A DNA stretch of 32,000 nt from Mycobacterium tuberculosis H37Rv (GTDB lineage: Bacteria; Actinomycetota; Actinomycetes; Mycobacteriales; Mycobacteriaceae). The notes beneath the pieces were generated by a model that worked only from the letters and a program-made list of their open reading frames with translations, was not told the DNA's origin and ran no database searches. Location: NCBI RefSeq assembly GCF_000195955.2, contig NC_000962.3:1470001-1502000 (forward strand). The letters are read 5' to 3'. Positions 1 to 12,513 of the stretch are shown here, one piece after another. Within the stretch, counting starts at the first letter, position 1, and each line of letters begins with the position of its first letter. The translations under genes were made by a program, and so were the position numbers.

Positions 1-252
1 GTTTTCCACTATCGGAGTCGACAGATCCGCACCGGCATCGAACAAGTCGTTCTGGATCTGCCGCAGCACATCCGTGATTTGAGTGTCCGGGTGGCCCAGC
101 GCCAGGGCGGCCCCGATCGCGGCGTTGGCCTCGTCGCAATCCGCGTATGCCACCAGTCGGGCGTCGGTTTTGGCGACACGGGACATATCGCTCAATCCCG
201 TCGTTCCGTCATCGCCGGTTCGGGTATAGATGCGGGTCAGGTGGACTGCCAT
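1..252 (-). CDS. PduO-type ATP:cob(I)alamin adenosyltransferase (5' part; continues beyond window start)
   Basis: Reverse-strand reading from ATG at 252 gives MAVHLTRIYTRTGDDGTTGLSDMSRVAKTDARLVAYADCDEANAAIGAALAL, with the typical N-terminal YTRTGDDGTTGL motif. The ORF track did not list it because it is truncated by the window edge. Confidence 0.93.
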   Translation of the reverse strand, partial: MAVHLTRIYTRTGDDGTTGLSDMSRVAKTDARLVAYADCDEANAAIGAALALGHPDTQITDVLRQIQNDLFDAGADLSTPIVEN

Positions 253-320
253 GAGCAAACGGTACTCGCTGACTGGCTTGGCTCACTGACAAGGCAAAAC
301 CCCTTTACTACACTGACCGG

Positions 321-1577
321 GTGGCCGAGCGTTTCGTCGTGACTGGGGGCAACCGGTTATCAGGCGAAGTGGCCGTCGGCGGCGCCAAGAACAGCGTGCT
401 CAAGCTCATGGCTGCGACGTTGTTGGCCGAGGGCACCAGCACGATCACCAACTGTCCCGACATCCTCGATGTGCCGCTGATGGCGGAGGTACTGCGTGGT
501 CTGGGCGCCACCGTCGAACTCGACGGTGACGTGGCCCGGATCACCGCACCTGACGAGCCGAAGTACGATGCCGACTTCGCTGCGGTGCGGCAATTCCGCG
601 CCTCGGTCTGTGTGCTGGGACCGCTGGTCGGGCGGTGCAAACGGGCCAGGGTCGCGCTGCCGGGCGGTGACGCGATCGGGTCGCGTCCGTTGGATATGCA
701 CCAGGCGGGCCTACGGCAATTGGGTGCCCACTGCAACATCGAGCACGGCTGCGTGGTAGCCCGAGCGGAAACGTTGCGCGGTGCGGAGATTCAGTTGGAG
801 TTCCCCTCGGTGGGAGCCACCGAGAACATCTTGATGGCCGCCGTGGTGGCCGAGGGAGTCACCACTATTCACAATGCGGCTCGAGAACCCGACGTCGTCG
901 ACTTGTGCACGATGTTGAACCAGATGGGCGCACAGGTCGAAGGTGCGGGTTCGCCGACAATGACCATCACCGGTGTCCCGCGGCTGCATCCAACCGAGCA
1001 CCGGGTGATCGGAGACCGTATCGTTGCCGCCACATGGGGCATCGCTGCCGCAATGACCCGTGGTGATATATCAGTGGCGGGCGTAGACCCGGCGCATCTG
1101 CAGCTGGTGCTGCACAAATTGCACGACGCGGGCGCAACCGTCACCCAGACTGACGCCAGCTTCCGGGTGACCCAGTACGAGCGTCCGAAGGCTGTCAACG
1201 TTGCGACCTTGCCGTTCCCCGGGTTTCCCACGGATCTGCAGCCGATGGCTATCGCTTTGGCGTCGATCGCCGACGGCACATCGATGATCACGGAGAACGT
1301 GTTCGAGGCGCGGTTCCGCTTCGTTGAAGAGATGATCCGGCTCGGTGCAGACGCTCGGACCGACGGGCACCACGCCGTGGTGCGGGGCCTCCCGCAGCTG
1401 TCGAGCGCTCCGGTGTGGTGTTCGGACATCCGTGCCGGGGCCGGCTTGGTGCTGGCGGGGCTCGTTGCCGACGGCGACACCGAGGTCCACGATGTATTCC
1501 ACATCGATCGCGGATATCCGTTGTTCGTGGAGAACCTGGTGAGTCTCGGTGCCGAGATCGAACGGGTATGCTGTTAG
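321..1577 (+). CDS. murA: UDP-N-acetylglucosamine 1-carboxyvinyltransferase MurA
   Basis: 418 aa [41 protein letters not shown]..., EPSP-synthase-like fold signatures; active-site loop [10 protein letters not shown] (Asp replaces the usual Cys). Confidence 0.98.
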
Positions 1578-1620
1578 GCGACGGTCACCTATGGATATCT
1601 ATGGATGACCGAACCTGGTC

Positions 1621-1650
1621 TTGACTCCATTGCCGGATTTGTATTAGACT
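1621..1650 (+). promoter_or_regulatory. Probable rrn P1-type promoter: -35 TTGACT (1621-1626), 18 bp spacer, -10 TAGACT (1645-1650)
   Basis: Consensus-like hexamers immediately downstream of murA and upstream of the 16S leader. Confidence 0.75.
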
Positions 1651-1690
1651 GGCAGGGTCGCCCCGAAGCGGGCGGAAACAAGCAAGCGTG

Positions 1691-1780
1691 TTGTTTGAGA
1701 ACTCAATAGTGTGTTTGGTGGTTTCACATTTTTGTTGTTATTTTTGGCCATGCTCTTGATGCCCCGTTGTCGGGGGCGTG
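1691..1780 (+). promoter_or_regulatory. rrn leader antitermination/processing elements (GTTTGAGAACTCAATAGTG at 1691-1709; boxA-like TGCTCTTGA at 1751-1759; GCCCC...GGGGC hairpin at about 1761-1777)
   Basis: The first element recurs in the 16S-23S spacer (3562-3580, 17/19 identical); boxA-like sequence is close to the E. coli TGCTCTTTA. Confidence 0.6.
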
Positions 1781-1845
1781 GCCGTTTGTTTTGTCAGGAT
1801 ATTTCTAAATACCTTTGGCTCCCTTTTCCAAAGGGAGTGTTTGGG

Positions 1846-3386
<1,541 letters not shown>

Positions 3387-3561
3387 AGCACCACGAAAAC
3401 GCCCCAACTGGTGGGGCGTAGGCCGTGAGGGGTTCTTGTCTGTAGTGGGCGAGAGCCGGGTGCATGACAACAAAGTTGGCCACCAACACACTGTTGGGTC
3501 CTGAGGCAACACTCGGACTTGTTCCAGGTGTTGTCCCACCGCCTTGGTGGTGGGGTGTGGT

Positions 3562-3630
3562 GTTTGAGAACTGGATAGTGGTTGCGAGCATCAATGGATA
3601 CGCTGCCGGCTAGCGGTGGCGTGTTCTTTG
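3562..3630 (+). promoter_or_regulatory. 16S-23S spacer repeat of the leader element (GTTTGAGAACTGGATAGTG 3562-3580) and boxA-like TGTTCTTTG (3622-3630)
   Basis: Near-identical to leader 1691-1709; no tRNA gene found in the spacer. Confidence 0.55.
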
Positions 3631-3657
3631 TGCAATATTCTTTGGTTTTTGTTGTGT

Positions 3658-6795
<3,138 letters not shown>

Positions 6796-6898
6796 CCCTC
6801 CCTTTTGGAAAAGGGAGGCAAAAACAAACTCGCAACCACATCCGTTCACGGCGCTAGCCGTGCGTCCACACCCCCCACCAGAACAAATTTGCATAGAG

Positions 6899-7013
6899 TT
6901 ACGGCGGCCACAGCGGCAGGGAAACGCCCGGTCCCATTCCGAACCCGGAAGCTAAGCCTGCCAGCGCCGATGATACTGCCCCTCCGGGTGGAAAAGTAGG
7001 ACACCGCCGAACA
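6899..7013 (+). rRNA. rrf: 5S ribosomal RNA
   Basis: TTACGGCGGCCACAGCGGCAGGGAAACGCCCGGTCCCATTCCGAACCCGGAAGCTAAGCCTGCCAGCGCCGATGATACTGCC... canonical 5S body. Confidence 0.98.
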
Positions 7014-7050
7014 TACAAAAACACCCCCGGTAACGGTGGTGTTTTTGTAT
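7013..7050 (+). terminator. Intrinsic terminator of rrn, palindromic and usable in both directions (ogt converges on it)
   Basis: Perfect 13-nt arms ATACAAAAACACC (7013-7025) / GGTGTTTTTGTAT (7038-7050) with further C-G pairs inside, and a T run in the 3' arm. Confidence 0.85.
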
Positions 7051-7133
7051 GTTTATATCGACTCAGCCGCTCGCGAGCGGGCGAATTATGGCTTCGATTT
7101 TCGCAATGACGATACCCTCGCGGGCGGGGGCGC

Positions 7134-7631
7134 TCAGTCGAAGAGCGTCAAGTCTGCGGGCGCCCGGCTTTTCTCCAACTCGAGCAGAGCTCGTTTCCGG
7201 TTGATTCCACCGCCGTACCCGGTGAGCTTTCCGCTGGCGCCGATCACGCGGTGGCACGGGACGATGATGGCGATGGGATTGTGGCCGTTGGCCAATCCCA
7301 CGGCGCGTGCGGCGCCGGGGGCGCCGATCTGGTCGGCGATTTCCCCGTAGGACCGGGTTTCCCCGTACGGGATTGTCAGCAATGCTTTCCATACTCGTTG
7401 CTGAAAGTCGGTTCCCCGGAGGTCAAGTTCCACATCGAATTCGGTGAGCTCGCCGGCGAAATAAGCGTTGAGTTGGTCGACAGCGCCAGAAAATGCGCCG
7501 GGGTCGGGTGTCCAGTGTGTGCGGCTTGGCTCATACGTCTGCTCGAGCATCCGCAGGTTCGTCAACACCGAGCCATGCCCGGCCAGGGTTAATGGCCCGA
7601 TGGGGCTATCGATGGTGCGGTAGTGAATCAT
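7134..7631 (-). CDS. ogt: Methylated-DNA--protein-cysteine methyltransferase
   Basis: MIHYRTIDSPIGPLTLAGHG...; active-site motif IAIIVPCHRVIG. The listed 183 aa ORF includes an 18 aa upstream extension overlapping alkA; the 165 aa start at 7631 overlaps the alkA stop by 4 bp. Confidence 0.97.
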   Translation of the reverse strand: MIHYRTIDSPIGPLTLAGHGSVLTNLRMLEQTYEPSRTHWTPDPGAFSGAVDQLNAYFAGELTEFDVELDLRGTDFQQRVWKALLTIPYGETRSYGEIADQIGAPGAARAVGLANGHNPIAIIVPCHRVIGASGKLTGYGGGINRKRALLELEKSRAPADLTLFD

Positions 7632-9118
7632 GCGATCTTCTCCTGCGGTGGCCATTGGTTTACCGGATGTTCCAGGGTGGTCCACAGGTGCTGGGTGGCA
7701 TAGGAGCGCCAGGGGCGCCAGCGAGCGCTGTGCACCGTCAGGGCTCGTCGTTGTGCAGGCAGGCCCAGCTTTTTGGCGGCCAGCCGCAGGCCGAGATCAC
7801 TGGCCGGAAAGGCGTCCGGGTCACCGAGGCCGCGCATGGCGATGACCTCCGCGGTCCAGGGGCCCACTCCGGGCAGCGCTAGCAACTGCCCGCGGGCGCG
7901 TTGCCAGTCACATCCGGCGTCCAGGACCAGACTTTTGTCGGCAAGGCTGGCGACGAGCGCGTTTATGGTCCTTTGACGCGCCTTGGGGACGGCCAGATGG
8001 CCGGGATCGATCTCAGCGAGCTGCTCGATCGACGGGAAGGTGTGGGTCAAAGCGCCGTGGCGATCGTGGACCGGCCGTCCGTAGGCGGCGACCAGTCGGC
8101 CCGCGTGAGTGCTTGCGGCCTTCGTCGATACCTGTTGGGCGAGGACCGCCCGCACGGCGAATTCTGCCTCGTCGACTGTGCGGGGAATGCGTTGCCCGGG
8201 TGCCTTGCCCACCACTGCGCGCAGATCCGGATCGGCGCCCAGCGCCTCGACGATCGCTTCGGGATCGGCGTCGAGGTCCAGCAGCCGTCGGCAACGTGCA
8301 GTGGCCGTCATCAGGTCGCGGAAATCATCGAGCACAAGCAGGCAGCGCACATGATCGGGTGCCGGCGTCAGGCTGACGATGCCGTTGCCCCATGGGAGCC
8401 GTAGCGTGCGTCGGTACGCACCATCGCGGACCTCTTCGCAACCCGGCACCGCGGTGGCGGCCAGATGGCCGAAAACACCCTCGAAGGCGAATGGTGCACG
8501 GACGGGTAGCCGCAGCGACACCGTGCCCGCTGATGCGGTGGCAGACTCGAATCGGGCGGCCGCGCGCGCACGCAATGCCGTCGGTGTGCCGTCGCACGCC
8601 AGGCGAACGGTGTCGTTGAACTGACGGATGCTGGAAAACCCGGCGGCGAATGCGACATCGCCGAACGGCAGGTTCGTGGTCTCGATCAGCACCCGGGCGG
8701 TCTGCATGCGTTGGGCGCGGGCCAACGCGAGCGGACCGGCGCCGACCACGGCCTGCAACAGCCGCTCCAGCTGGCGAATGGTGTAACCGAGCTGGGCCGC
8801 GAGGCCGCTGACACCGTCGCGGTCCACCGTTCCGTCGGCAATCAGCCGCATCGCCCGCGCCACGACGTCACTACGCACATTCCATTCCGGAGACCCAGGC
8901 GAGGCGTCGGGGCGGCACCGTTTGCAGGCCCGGAATCCCTCCCCCTGAGCGGCCGCCGCAGTCGGCAGGAACCGGACATTGCGCGCGAACGGTGGCCGGA
9001 CGGGGCAACTCGGCCGGCAGTAGACACCGGTGGTCAAAACCGCGACGACGAACCAGCCGTCGAACCGGGCGTCTTTGGACTGGATCGCCCGGTAGCAGCG
9101 TTCGAAGTCGTCGTGCAC
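7628..9118 (-). CDS. alkA: Bifunctional Ada-like (AdaA) methylphosphotriester/AraC-type regulator fused to AlkA-type 3-methyladenine DNA glycosylase
   Basis: 496 aa; N-term FERCYRAIQSKDARFDGWFVVAVLTTGVYCRPSCP...ACKRCRPD (Ada Zn/Cys domain), AraC-like middle region, C-term LLALPGVGPWTAEVIAMRGLGDPDAFPASDLGL (HhH-GPD). Confidence 0.96.
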   Translation of the reverse strand: MHDDFERCYRAIQSKDARFDGWFVVAVLTTGVYCRPSCPVRPPFARNVRFLPTAAAAQGEGFRACKRCRPDASPGSPEWNVRSDVVARAMRLIADGTVDRDGVSGLAAQLGYTIRQLERLLQAVVGAGPLALARAQRMQTARVLIETTNLPFGDVAFAAGFSSIRQFNDTVRLACDGTPTALRARAAARFESATASAGTVSLRLPVRAPFAFEGVFGHLAATAVPGCEEVRDGAYRRTLRLPWGNGIVSLTPAPDHVRCLLVLDDFRDLMTATARCRRLLDLDADPEAIVEALGADPDLRAVVGKAPGQRIPRTVDEAEFAVRAVLAQQVSTKAASTHAGRLVAAYGRPVHDRHGALTHTFPSIEQLAEIDPGHLAVPKARQRTINALVASLADKSLVLDAGCDWQRARGQLLALPGVGPWTAEVIAMRGLGDPDAFPASDLGLRLAAKKLGLPAQRRALTVHSARWRPWRSYATQHLWTTLEHPVNQWPPQEKIA

Positions 9119-9198
9119 CCTTCAACAATTACACCCGCCCACCGACATGACTGGCGGAAAAACGACATTGTGATGGGGTCGTCGTGGGTTCGGGCAGG

Positions 9199-10824
9199 TT
9201 ACCTACGCGGCTTGGTCAGCCCGACCGGCTTGGCCAGCCGGACCGGTTGGTCGTGCCCACGAAGTTTCACATGCCTACCCAAAGACCAACGGGCGCGCTC
9301 CTCTTCGCTTGCGGCGTCCACGGCCTGTGCCGAAGCCAGCAACTTGCCGGGACGCGATTTGGCCAGTTCGCACAATCGGGCCGCCTCGTTGACCGGCTCC
9401 CCGATCACGGTGTACTCGAACCGTTCTCGGGCACCCACGTTGCCGGCAATGACCTGCCCCGCCGCCACGCCGATCCCGGCCTGGCACTCGGGCATTTCGT
9501 TGACCAGCCGATCGGCTATCGCCCGCGCGGCGGCCAGTGCCTTGTCTTCGGGACAGGGAAGCCGGTTCGGGGCGCCGAAGATGGTTAGCGACGCGTCCCC
9601 CTCGAACTTGTTGACCAATCCGTGGTGGCGGTCGACCTCGTCGACGACAATCGCGAAGAACTTGTTGAGCAGCTTGACGACGTCGGCCGGCGGCCGGCTG
9701 GTCACCAATTGCGTCGAGCCGACGATGTCGATGAACACGACGGCGACGTGGCGTTCTTCGCCGCCCAGTTTCGAACGTTCACGCTCGGCGGCGGCGGCGA
9801 CTTCGCGTCCGACGTGGCGGCCGAACAGATCGCGCACTCGTTCGCGCTCCCGCAGTCCGGCGACCATCGCGTTGAAACCACGCTGCAGCTCGCCGAGTTC
9901 GGTGCCGTCGAAGACCACCAGGTTGGTCCGTAGCTCGCCCCGCTCGACGCGCCGCAGCGCCGCACGCACCACCCGCACCGGGGTCGCCGTCAGCCAGGCC
10001 AGGATCCACATCAGGATGAACCCGAACACCAATGTGACCATCGAGATGATCAGCACGCCCGTCGCGAACTGCATCCGAGTGAGATTGAGCAGCACCATTT
10101 CGAACATCGCCATCAGGGCGATGCCGACGACGGGTACTCCCGAACCGAGCAGCCACACCACCATGGTCCGGCCCAGGATTCCCGGCGCCAACCGGCGTGG
10201 CGGCGGCCCGGCCTCGAGCGCCTGGGCGGCGAACGGGCGCAATGCGAACTCGGTATGCAGATAGGTTGCGGTTGCGACCAATACGCCGCAAAAGCTGACC
10301 GCGAACAGGAATCGCGGGATGAACGCGTTGTTGATCAGGCCGTAGAGTGTCGTCAAGAGCGCCGTGCCAACACCCCAGAACATGAGGTGGCCCACGGCGA
10401 CTCGCCAGGGGGCCAGGAAGGTGCGGCGCTCCTCCTCACGAGTCGGTTTCCGTCCTTCGATCGCCCAGCGCAGGGCTTGCACGGTCTGCCTGGTCAGTGC
10501 GTAGCTACCCAAAGCGAGGGCTAGCAGGACATAGCCCGGTACCACCCCGAACGTGAGCCACCGTGGCGTGTCGCGAACGATGCTCGGTTCGGGGATGGCG
10601 ATCGTCACCAATAGCAGGGCAACCCCGATGCCGAGCAGGTTCGCGGTCACGACCAGCGCGGTCAGCATGACCTGGATCCGTACCCGTCGGCGCCGTTGGC
10701 TTTCCGAAACCCGCCCAAGCAGCCAGGAGCCGTACGCGGGAGTTTCTGGCAGCCGGCCGCTCTGCCGGGTCACCGTCTCCAGCACCCGACCCAAGCGTTG
10801 CGCCGTGCTCTTCTTGGCCGACAT
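9199..10824 (-). CDS. Membrane HAMP-domain class III adenylate cyclase (paralog 1 of 3)
   Basis: 541 aa; several TM segments, HAMP-like WLTATPVRVVRAALRRVERGELRTNLVVFDGTELGELQRGFNAMVAGL, cyclase motifs VVFIDIVGSTQLV, NKFEGDA, GNVGARERFEYTVIGEPVNEAARL. Confidence 0.94.
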   Translation of the reverse strand: MSAKKSTAQRLGRVLETVTRQSGRLPETPAYGSWLLGRVSESQRRRRVRIQVMLTALVVTANLLGIGVALLLVTIAIPEPSIVRDTPRWLTFGVVPGYVLLALALGSYALTRQTVQALRWAIEGRKPTREEERRTFLAPWRVAVGHLMFWGVGTALLTTLYGLINNAFIPRFLFAVSFCGVLVATATYLHTEFALRPFAAQALEAGPPPRRLAPGILGRTMVVWLLGSGVPVVGIALMAMFEMVLLNLTRMQFATGVLIISMVTLVFGFILMWILAWLTATPVRVVRAALRRVERGELRTNLVVFDGTELGELQRGFNAMVAGLRERERVRDLFGRHVGREVAAAAERERSKLGGEERHVAVVFIDIVGSTQLVTSRPPADVVKLLNKFFAIVVDEVDRHHGLVNKFEGDASLTIFGAPNRLPCPEDKALAAARAIADRLVNEMPECQAGIGVAAGQVIAGNVGARERFEYTVIGEPVNEAARLCELAKSRPGKLLASAQAVDAASEEERARWSLGRHVKLRGHDQPVRLAKPVGLTKPRR

Positions 10825-10893
10825 TGTGGCGTCAGACTAGTTTGTCGAAGAGTCGGGTGCGACCGGTTGGCGCGCTCGTGTTGTTTGCCCGGC

Positions 10894-12501
10894 TTAGGTG
10901 GGCACGGCCAGCCGAGTCGGCTGCTCATGTCCGCGCAGCGTCACCGTCTCGCCCAAAGACCAATGGGCACGTTCGGTTTCGCTGGCAGCGTGCAGTGTGT
11001 CCGAGGATGCTAGCAATCGCGCGGGGTGTGATTTGGCCAGTTCGCACAATCGGGCCGCCTGGTTGACCGGCTTGCCGACCACTGTGTATTCGAATCTTTG
11101 CTTGGCGCCGACATTGCCGGCGACGATCTGGCCTGCCGCCACCCCGATGCCGGCTTGGACCTCGGGCATCTCGTTGGCCAGCCGATCGGCTATGGCCCGG
11201 GCGGCGGCCAGCGCGGCGTCTTCGGGACGGTCGAGGCGGTTCGGGGCTCCGAAGATGGCCAGGGCGGCGTCGCCTGCGAACTTGTTGATCAGTCCGTGGT
11301 GACGGTCGACCTCGTTGACGACGATCGCGAAAAACCGGTTGAGGAGCTTGACCACGTGGGCGGCAGGTTGGTTGTCCACCAGCTGGGTGGAGCCGACGAT
11401 GTCGACGAAGACGACGGCGGCGTGGCGGTCTTCGCCGCCTAGCTGTGGTCGTTCACGCTCGGCGGCGGCGGCGACTTCGCGTCCGACGTGGCGGCCGAAA
11501 AGGTCGCGCACGCGTTCGCGCTCGCGCAGGCCGTTGACCATCGCGTTGAAACCACGCTGCAGCTCACCGAGTTCGGTGCCGTCGAACACCACCAGATCCC
11601 CTCGCAGATCCCCCTGCTCGACACGCTTGAGCGCAGCGCGCACCACTCGCACCGGCGCCGCCGTCAGCCAAGCAAGAATCCACATCACGAGAAACCCGAA
11701 GATCAACGTGGTTATCGACAGGATCAACACCGCCGACGCGAGCTGCGTTTCGGTCAGATTGTGCACCAATAGGACGTAGAGCGCTGTCGTGGCGATGCCG
11801 GTCACAGGCACGCCTGAACCTAGCGACCACACCGTCATCGTTCGGCCCATGATGCCCGGTGCAAACCGTCGTGGCGGTCGTCCCGCTTCGAGTGCTTTAG
11901 CGGCTACGGGTCGCAGCGCGAACTCGGTGAACAAGTAGCAATTGGTGGCTACCAAAACGCCGCAGATAGTCACCGAGAACAAAATTATGGTGACGAATAC
12001 GCGGTTGGCCAGCCCGTAGAGCGTGGCCAACAACGCCCCGCCGATATCCCACAGAATGAGGTGGACGGCTGCCACTCGAAACGGGAGCAGCAAGGTGTTG
12101 CGCCCGTCGGCCTGGCTCGGCGCGCGTTCCTCGATCGCCCACCGTATGGACGCTCTGACGATTCGCGTGGTTATCCAGTAGGTGCCGATGGCCAGTGCGA
12201 GCGTCGCATAGGCCGGTGCGACCCCGAAGGTGACCCACCATGGGGCGTCGGTGTAGATGCTAGGCACCGGAAAAGCGAAGGTCACCACTAGCAGCGCGAC
12301 CACGATCCCGGTCAGGTTCGCCGTCATGATATAGACGGTCACGATGCGCTTGATGCGTACCCAGCGACGCGACGGGCTTTCTGACACCCGCCCAAGCAAC
12401 CAGGAGCCATACGCCGGGGTCTCGGGCAGCTGGCCGCACTGACGGGTCATCGTCTCGAGTGCCTGGCCCAGGCGTTGCGCCATGGTCTTTTTCGCCGGCA
12501 T
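10894..12501 (-). CDS. Membrane HAMP-domain class III adenylate cyclase (paralog 2 of 3)
   Basis: 535 aa; same architecture, VVFVDIVGSTQLV, NKFAGDA, GNVGAKQRFEYTVVGKPVNQAARL; N-terminus PETPAYGSWLLGRVSES shared with both neighbours. Confidence 0.94.
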   Translation of the reverse strand: MPAKKTMAQRLGQALETMTRQCGQLPETPAYGSWLLGRVSESPSRRWVRIKRIVTVYIMTANLTGIVVALLVVTFAFPVPSIYTDAPWWVTFGVAPAYATLALAIGTYWITTRIVRASIRWAIEERAPSQADGRNTLLLPFRVAAVHLILWDIGGALLATLYGLANRVFVTIILFSVTICGVLVATNCYLFTEFALRPVAAKALEAGRPPRRFAPGIMGRTMTVWSLGSGVPVTGIATTALYVLLVHNLTETQLASAVLILSITTLIFGFLVMWILAWLTAAPVRVVRAALKRVEQGDLRGDLVVFDGTELGELQRGFNAMVNGLRERERVRDLFGRHVGREVAAAAERERPQLGGEDRHAAVVFVDIVGSTQLVDNQPAAHVVKLLNRFFAIVVNEVDRHHGLINKFAGDAALAIFGAPNRLDRPEDAALAAARAIADRLANEMPEVQAGIGVAAGQIVAGNVGAKQRFEYTVVGKPVNQAARLCELAKSHPARLLASSDTLHAASETERAHWSLGETVTLRGHEQPTRLAVPT

Positions 12502-12513
12502 GGTGGCGTCAGC

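Noticed and set aside
8711-10264. 517 aa + strand ORF
   Set aside because: Antisense across alkA and the first cyclase; composition typical of shadow ORFs, and it spans two real genes.
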